In this document: in pieces, positions 58,345 to 64,000 of the stretch
Position numbering within the stretch: position 1 is the stretch's first letter
Layout: every line of letters starts with the position of its first letter
NCBI GenBank assembly: GCA_018920365.1
Contig: JAHLMM010000001.1
Location: 135,628-199,627, forward strand
DNA from: Candidatus Aenigmatarchaeota archaeon
Lineage (GTDB): Archaea > Aenigmatarchaeota > Aenigmatarchaeia > CG10238-14
Length of the DNA: 64,000 nucleotides
Reading direction: 5' to 3'
Position numbers and translations under genes: made by a program
The notes under the pieces: model-generated
The model's database searches: none
Told to the model about the DNA's origin: nothing
Seen by the model: only the letters and a program-made list of their open reading frames with translations

Positions 58345-58979
58345 ATGGAAAAATATTTTGATACAAGATTCAAGCACTCCAAAATTAAAGAGCAAATATG
58401 GAAAGAATTATCATTGTATATTCATAAAAAGTTCCAATAAAAAAAGACTATAAAGTTTTAGATTTAGGTGCTGGATATTGTTATTTTGTGAATAATATTA
58501 ATGTTAAAGAAAAACACGCACTTGATAAATCACCAATACCTTTAAAATATGCCAAAAATGATGTAATTAAACACATTTCAGATTGTAGGAAATTAAATTT
58601 TGAAAAAGAATATTTTGATGTTGTATTTTGTAGTAATTTACTTGAACATTTAACAATGAATGAAGTGTTTTTGGTATCAAAAAAAGTGAATAAAATTTTA
58701 AAAAAAGGCGGCAAATTTGTCATTTTGAGCCCAAACTATTTTTATGCTTATAGAGAATATTTTGATGATTACGATCACAAGTCTATACTGACTCATAAAA
58801 ATATAAAGGATATTTTAGTTTCATGCGGCTTTGAAATAGAAAAGATAATTCCAAGATTCTTGTCATTTTCAGCAAATGAAACTAAATTTTTTAATAAGAT
58901 TTTATTCAATCTATATTTGTCATCTCCATATAAACCATTTGCAAAACAAATGTTAGTTATAGCTAGAAGATCACATTAA
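58345..58979 (+). pseudogene. Class I SAM methyltransferase split by a 1-nt frameshift
   Basis: The ATG 58345 frame stops at 58438-58440; the VLDLGAG motif and the rest are in the frame of the 58488 ORF; the junction is at A5 58426-58430. Confidence 0.75.
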
Positions 58980-59966
58980 TTTTTGTACCCAAACTTTTGG
59001 TGCCTTTTTTGTTATTTCAAGAGGAATTCTGTATGAAGGTTTTTGTGGACCTATTTCTTTTGCCCATTCAACCATTTTTTTAACACCTTTCTTGAGATTG
59101 TTTTTTGTTTTATAATCCAGAAGCTTTTGAGATTTTTCTATTGTACAAAATGCATGTTTGACCTCTCTTGGTCTTGCAGGTTCGTATATAGGCTCAAAGT
59201 CAGACCCCATTGATTCTAAAACTATTTTACAAGCGTCATTTATTGACGTTACTTCTTCACTACCGACATTAATAACCTGATTAACACACTTGTCATAAAA
59301 ACCAGCATTTGCTATAGCAGGTGTCACATCTTCAATAAAAGAAAACGCCCTTGTCTGATGACCATCCCCATATATTATCGGCGGCTTGTTGTTCATTATT
59401 CTATTAATCCATATGCCTAGAACATTCCTAAAAGGGTCTGCTATGTTTTGTCTTGGTCCGTAAACATTGTGCGGCCTTATTACCACAAATTCGAAATCAA
59501 ATGTTTCAGCAAAAGTTTTCAGCATCATCTCACAATAATATTTGCTTATTCCATATGGATCTTCTGGTTTTGGAATCATACTTTCATCGAACGGTGTTTT
59601 TTGATCCCCATATACAGCCATAGATGAAGTGAAAACAAATCTTTTAACATTGTTATTTACAGCAGCAACAAGCAAATTATTCATCGGAGTTATGTTTATA
59701 TCATTGATTTCTATCGGTGAAAAAACAGATTGTCCTTCCGCCGCATAAGCCGCTAGATGAAATATTATATCCACACCTTTTACTATCTTGTCAACCCCCT
59801 TTTTGTTTCTTACATCCATTTTTATGAATTTGCATTTTGGGCTTACATTTCTCATAAAACCCCCGCTTAAATCATCAACACTTGTTACATCATGACCTCT
59901 TTTTAAAAGTTCGTCTACTAACCAAGAACCCATAAAACCAGCGCCACCAGTGACAAGTATTTTCAT
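58971..59966 (-). CDS. NAD-dependent nucleotide-sugar epimerase/dehydratase
   Basis: TGGAGFMGS, HLAA, SSMAVYG, YGISK, NVYGP. Confidence 0.93.
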   Translation of the reverse strand: MKILVTGGAGFMGSWLVDELLKRGHDVTSVDDLSGGFMRNVSPKCKFIKMDVRNKKGVDKIVKGVDIIFHLAAYAAEGQSVFSPIEINDINITPMNNLLVAAVNNNVKRFVFTSSMAVYGDQKTPFDESMIPKPEDPYGISKYYCEMMLKTFAETFDFEFVVIRPHNVYGPRQNIADPFRNVLGIWINRIMNNKPPIIYGDGHQTRAFSFIEDVTPAIANAGFYDKCVNQVINVGSEEVTSINDACKIVLESMGSDFEPIYEPARPREVKHAFCTIEKSQKLLDYKTKNNLKKGVKKMVEWAKEIGPQKPSYRIPLEITKKAPKVWVQKLM

Positions 59967-59981
59967 AATACCACCAAAAAA

Positions 59982-60614
59982 TTAATATTTTTGAGCCTTA
60001 AAAAATATATGCCAGCCGAAAAATGTATCTATTGGCATATACATCAAAGTGGATCTTTTGATCATTAAAACGTTGAATCCAGCATATTTTAGCATGTTTT
60101 TCAGCTCAACTACATCAAAGGCTATTATATGTTCTTGATTATAATTGTCAGGTCCTACACCTATTAGTCTGCTCAACATTCTATTTAGTGAGTAAAGATT
60201 TGGTGTAGATCCTATAAGAATCCCTTCATTCTTCAATGCTTTTTTTATGTTGAGCAAAGCATCATAAGGTCTTGTAAGATGTTCGATTACTTCACCCAAG
60301 ACGACATAATCAAACTTGTTTTCCAGTTCTGTTGGAAGCTGTTCGCAAATATCAAAACAATACGCCTCAACGCTTTTTTTCAAAAGCCTGTCTATACGTG
60401 GCTTGCTTATATCAGCTGCAACATACTTGCATTTTTTTCCAAGAAAAATTTTCAATTCACCTTCTCTGGAACCTATGTCGAGGACAGTTGAGCCATCTTT
60501 TATCATTTTTGCAAAAGTTTCATATCTTATTCTATCAGTTCTGTTTATTGTCTTTATTTCCTTCTTGCCTACTCGGTCATAATGTTCTTTGAAATTCATA
60601 AATTGATATTTCAT
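59982..60614 (-). CDS. Class I SAM-dependent methyltransferase
   Basis: VLDIGS, EVIEHL, STPN. Confidence 0.87.
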   Translation of the reverse strand: MKYQFMNFKEHYDRVGKKEIKTINRTDRIRYETFAKMIKDGSTVLDIGSREGELKIFLGKKCKYVAADISKPRIDRLLKKSVEAYCFDICEQLPTELENKFDYVVLGEVIEHLTRPYDALLNIKKALKNEGILIGSTPNLYSLNRMLSRLIGVGPDNYNQEHIIAFDVVELKNMLKYAGFNVLMIKRSTLMYMPIDTFFGWHIFFKAQKY

Positions 60615-60626
60615 TAAAAGAATAAA

Positions 60627-61688
60627 TTACTTTTCAATTATTGCCTTTATTTCCTTTATAAAGTTCTCAGTTGAGAAAATTTTAGCTCTTTTTATGCATT
60701 CATTTTTCATTTCTCTAGCTTTTTCTGGTGTCAGCATATTTACATATTTTATTATTTCATCCTCTTTAGCCTCTATCAAAAACCCAGTCTTGCCGTTTAT
60801 TATAGTCTCTTTAGGGCCACCTTCATTTGCTGCTATGCAAGGCTTACCAGACGCCATTGATTCTATTGGAACAAGGCCATAATCTTCATTTACAGGCATG
60901 TAGATTGTTGCAGTGCATCTAGAATACAAGTCTATAATTTCTTCAAAGCTGACATTTCCTTTAAATTCTATATTTTTAGCATCTTTAGCAAGCTTGTGCA
61001 GCTTTTCTCTTTCAGGACCGTCTCCAGTTATTACAAGTTTTTTTTCAGGCATTTTTTTAAATGCTTTAATTATCAAGTCAATTCTTTTTTCTTTAACAAA
61101 TCTTCCAGGAGCAAAATAAAAATCTTCATAATCTTTGCACTTGTATTTTTCCACTTCAACAGGGTGGTATGTCACCTTGGCTTTAATTCCATAATATTTT
61201 TCAAGTCTATTCGCAACATTTTGGGAATTTGCAGTTATATTATCAAAATTTTTAACCCATTTTTTGTCAAATTGCTTATAAATTAAACACCATAACTTAA
61301 AAACTGGCTTTTGCCATAATTTTAGATTTTTGTAGATGAAATCATGTAAATCATAAACAGATCTTATTGGGCTTGAACATATCCATGTGTTTGGATGATT
61401 GTTTTTTGATGCTGAAATGCAATATAGTCTCATAAAAAGATAGTGATCATATCCATACAATTTTAGTTTAGAAAACCTCCAAGCTATTTCGCTATATGTA
61501 AGAAGTTTTGAATTTTTAAATTTCAGACCTATCTCATTGACTTTGATTCCTTTTAGCTCATTTTCAAACAAATTCCAATTTACATATGTAGTGTATATAT
61601 CAGCATTTAATTTTCTAGCTAAAGTTATTGCAACTCTTTCAGCACCGCCTAGCTCATCAAATATATCAAAAAATAATGCTATTTTCAT
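60627..61688 (-). CDS. Glycosyltransferase family 4 (WbaZ/Alg2-like mannosyltransferase)
   Basis: GGAERV, ANS, KRIDL, EDYGLVPIESMASGKP. Confidence 0.9.
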   Translation of the reverse strand: MKIALFFDIFDELGGAERVAITLARKLNADIYTTYVNWNLFENELKGIKVNEIGLKFKNSKLLTYSEIAWRFSKLKLYGYDHYLFMRLYCISASKNNHPNTWICSSPIRSVYDLHDFIYKNLKLWQKPVFKLWCLIYKQFDKKWVKNFDNITANSQNVANRLEKYYGIKAKVTYHPVEVEKYKCKDYEDFYFAPGRFVKEKRIDLIIKAFKKMPEKKLVITGDGPEREKLHKLAKDAKNIEFKGNVSFEEIIDLYSRCTATIYMPVNEDYGLVPIESMASGKPCIAANEGGPKETIINGKTGFLIEAKEDEIIKYVNMLTPEKAREMKNECIKRAKIFSTENFIKEIKAIIEK

Positions 61689-61800
61689 TAAAAATAGATT
61701 AAAACAAAAAAATTTATTGATTTTCAATGTTTATTTTTTTCAAATATTTGAGCAAAAAGTAAATATTCTCTTTAAAATTTGGATCATTTTCTATATAATT

Positions 61801-64000
61801 ATGAAAAAGCTCTTTCTGTTAATATTTACTTTGATTTTTTTGCATTCAGCAAGCGCTTGGTTTAATGATGACTTTTCATATAGAAGAGAAATCATAATCA
61901 ATGATATTAGCAACATTCAAGAAAACTTTACAATTAATATTACTTTGGATACAACAAGCTTAATAAATGAAGGAAAAATAAAAAGTGATTGCTCTGACTT
62001 GATAGTTGTTTATAATAATTTAGAAATTGATAGAGATTTGTTGGATTGCGGAAAGGCACAGACAAAAGTCTACTTTAAAATCCAAGGAAAAAACACAACA
62101 GACAAATATTATATTTATTACGGCAACAGTCAAAACTACCAACCAAAATCAAATAAATCAAATGTTTATTATTTTTATGATAGTTTTGAATATTCTGATT
62201 TATCTTCAAACGGTTGGGTCTATGAATATAATGTATGGAATATAGATTCACAAAATGCTTTTGATGGTTCGAGATCTGTTTTTACTAGCGGTTATTACGC
62301 TGGTTGGAGAACAATGTATAACAGAAAAATAAATTTAACAAATTTTATTTATACAGTATATTCATCTATTGACACAGAATCAGATGTGTGGGGGTTTGGT
62401 GTAGCATTTAATGTTAATGATAAAGGAAATACTATTGAAAAAAATAGGTATATAGCAAACTGGGAATATCAAATAGGTTCTGGGGTTGGTGGTTGGTCGT
62501 TTAATCTTAGGAAAGTTATATATGACGGTGTTTTTTTCCAACATTTAAGTTTAGGTGCTGTATATCCATATAATTACTCAGCATATAATTTAACAAGACC
62601 ATACCTTAACAGATGGTACAAATTCACAATAATAAGAAATTATCCAAATGTCAAAGTTTTCTTTGACGACAAATTTATATTCGATGTTAACGATTCAACA
62701 TACGAATCTGGAAGCATTGGTTTCAATAGATATTCCAATTATCCTTCAGATAGAAAGTCATGGTATGATAATGCTATTGTAATGCTATATCAGGATCCGT
62801 GGCCAAATATTTTACTATCAAATGAACAGACAAAAAATGATATGACTTTAGTTATTCATAGTGATGATATTTTATACGAAAATCAAAATCAATTTTTATT
62901 GTTCAATGCTTTCTCCAATTATCAATATATTAATAACTTGACGTCTAAAGATATATATCTTAAAATAGAAAATGAAAATGTTACAATAAAAAATTTTGTA
63001 AATTATAATAACGGAACATATAAAGTTGAATTCTTATACAAGACAAGTCATCTTGGGAAGAAAAAAATTGAATTGTATGCAAAATCGTCTTATAATTATT
63101 CATATTCATATTTTATTACAAATATAAAAACCAGACCACTTATAATTACAAACAATAACTGGGAAAATTATATAGAAGCAGTTTCTACACGAAATCCTGT
63201 TTTAATTTACGAGAATTCTAGATATTTAATAGATGAATTTATAGATTATTACAAACCAGATTCTATTTTTGTTGTAGAAAATTCTGTTGACATAGATAAT
63301 GCTTATTATTTGGACAGTAATACAATGAACATAATTTTTTTCAGAAATAAAAACATAGTTGTTACAGAAGACAAAGAATTATCTATAAAAGCTTCTATGA
63401 TAGGAGATAATATACTGATAAAACCAAGTCATGAATTGATAAGTTTGATAAACCCACAAAAAATAACTAAAATAACAAATTATAATCAAATAAAAAATTT
63501 GATAAAAGAAAAAAAGACAAATTACATAGTTTTAACAAACCCAACTAAAAATAATTCAATTTTTGCGGCTAAACTGGCGTTTGACAAAAATGCATATATA
63601 GAATTTTCCGAATTAAATCCTGAAGAAACTAGAAATATTTTAAAGAATGCATTAAAAGCATCAAATTTTGAAAAAACATTAGATTATAAATTAAATGAAA
63701 AATTGTTTCTGGCTTTGATTGACGTTCCTATGTTTATTGTAAGTGATCCAGTTAAAGACAATAAGTTTGATGATTATGACGGAGAATTTTTGGAAACTGA
63801 CACACCTTACGGAGATTTGAATGGTGATATGTATTTGGATATTTCTGTAGGTAGACTTAACGGAACATTAGAGGAATTGTCATATCAACTTGAAATGAAA
63901 CCAAAAAATACAAAAAATATGATTTTAATATCTGTTTATGGAAAAGACATAGTTTCTAACATACTTTTTGGTTCACCTTTAATGCTTGAAACGACAAAAA
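61801..64000 (+). CDS. Large secreted protein (partial): DUF2341-like, lectin-like beta-sandwich and C25 peptidase-like region
   Basis: Signal peptide ending ASA/W; W...FSYRREI, KIKSDCSDL, YIYYGN; DTPYGDLNGDMYLDISVGRL near the end; frame read open to the window edge; absent from the ORF track. Confidence 0.75.
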   Translation, partial: MKKLFLLIFTLIFLHSASAWFNDDFSYRREIIINDISNIQENFTINITLDTTSLINEGKIKSDCSDLIVVYNNLEIDRDLLDCGKAQTKVYFKIQGKNTTDKYYIYYGNSQNYQPKSNKSNVYYFYDSFEYSDLSSNGWVYEYNVWNIDSQNAFDGSRSVFTSGYYAGWRTMYNRKINLTNFIYTVYSSIDTESDVWGFGVAFNVNDKGNTIEKNRYIANWEYQIGSGVGGWSFNLRKVIYDGVFFQHLSLGAVYPYNYSAYNLTRPYLNRWYKFTIIRNYPNVKVFFDDKFIFDVNDSTYESGSIGFNRYSNYPSDRKSWYDNAIVMLYQDPWPNILLSNEQTKNDMTLVIHSDDILYENQNQFLLFNAFSNYQYINNLTSKDIYLKIENENVTIKNFVNYNNGTYKVEFLYKTSHLGKKKIELYAKSSYNYSYSYFITNIKTRPLIITNNNWENYIEAVSTRNPVLIYENSRYLIDEFIDYYKPDSIFVVENSVDIDNAYYLDSNTMNIIFFRNKNIVVTEDKELSIKASMIGDNILIKPSHELISLINPQKITKITNYNQIKNLIKEKKTNYIVLTNPTKNNSIFAAKLAFDKNAYIEFSELNPEETRNILKNALKASNFEKTLDYKLNEKLFLALIDVPMFIVSDPVKDNKFDDYDGEFLETDTPYGDLNGDMYLDISVGRLNGTLEELSYQLEMKPKNTKNMILISVYGKDIVSNILFGSPLMLETTK

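Noticed and set aside
100-62245. Numerous 60-180 aa ORFs antisense to or nested in recognised genes (e.g. 34893-35441, 8448-8921, 14084-14368)
   Set aside because: Shadow frames of well-supported genes with no recognisable motifs

Overview
AT-rich, tightly packed archaeal chromosomal DNA. The gene set and compactness suggest a DPANN-type lineage (inference, not a database result). Positions 1-30.8 kb are mostly housekeeping: rps15, rps3ae, gltX, endA, pelota, two tRNA-Leu (one with a 12-nt intron), rpoD, kae1, dnaG, fibrillarin/Nop5/MAT, lemA/htpX and hjc. At 30.8-36.6 kb is a replication-origin locus: inverted ORB elements around an AT-rich spacer, then cdc6, a shortened catalytically dead DP1-like gene, and a PolB ending in a PIP box plus a DP2-type zinc finger. 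This suggests a eukaryote-like 'PolB + inactive B-subunit' replicase in the position usually held by PolD. A second unexplained module lies at 11-15.6 kb: solo Cas4-like, wHTH and Cas2-like genes with paired palindromic operators; a coiled-coil/wHTH gene with two internal arrays of 10-bp phased TCAACA repeats; a PRC-barrel gene; and an ExeA-like AAA-wHTH gene. Arrays of GTGAAG at an 11-bp period mark this module and recur just after polB. Positions 38.8-61.7 kb hold an N-glycosylation/surface-glycan locus (AglH/Alg7, Alg14, Alg13, flippase, AglB, GT2/GT4/GT-C enzymes, methyltransferases, one frameshifted). A large secreted DUF2341-type protein runs off the window end. All calls come from motif recognition by eye; no searches were run.
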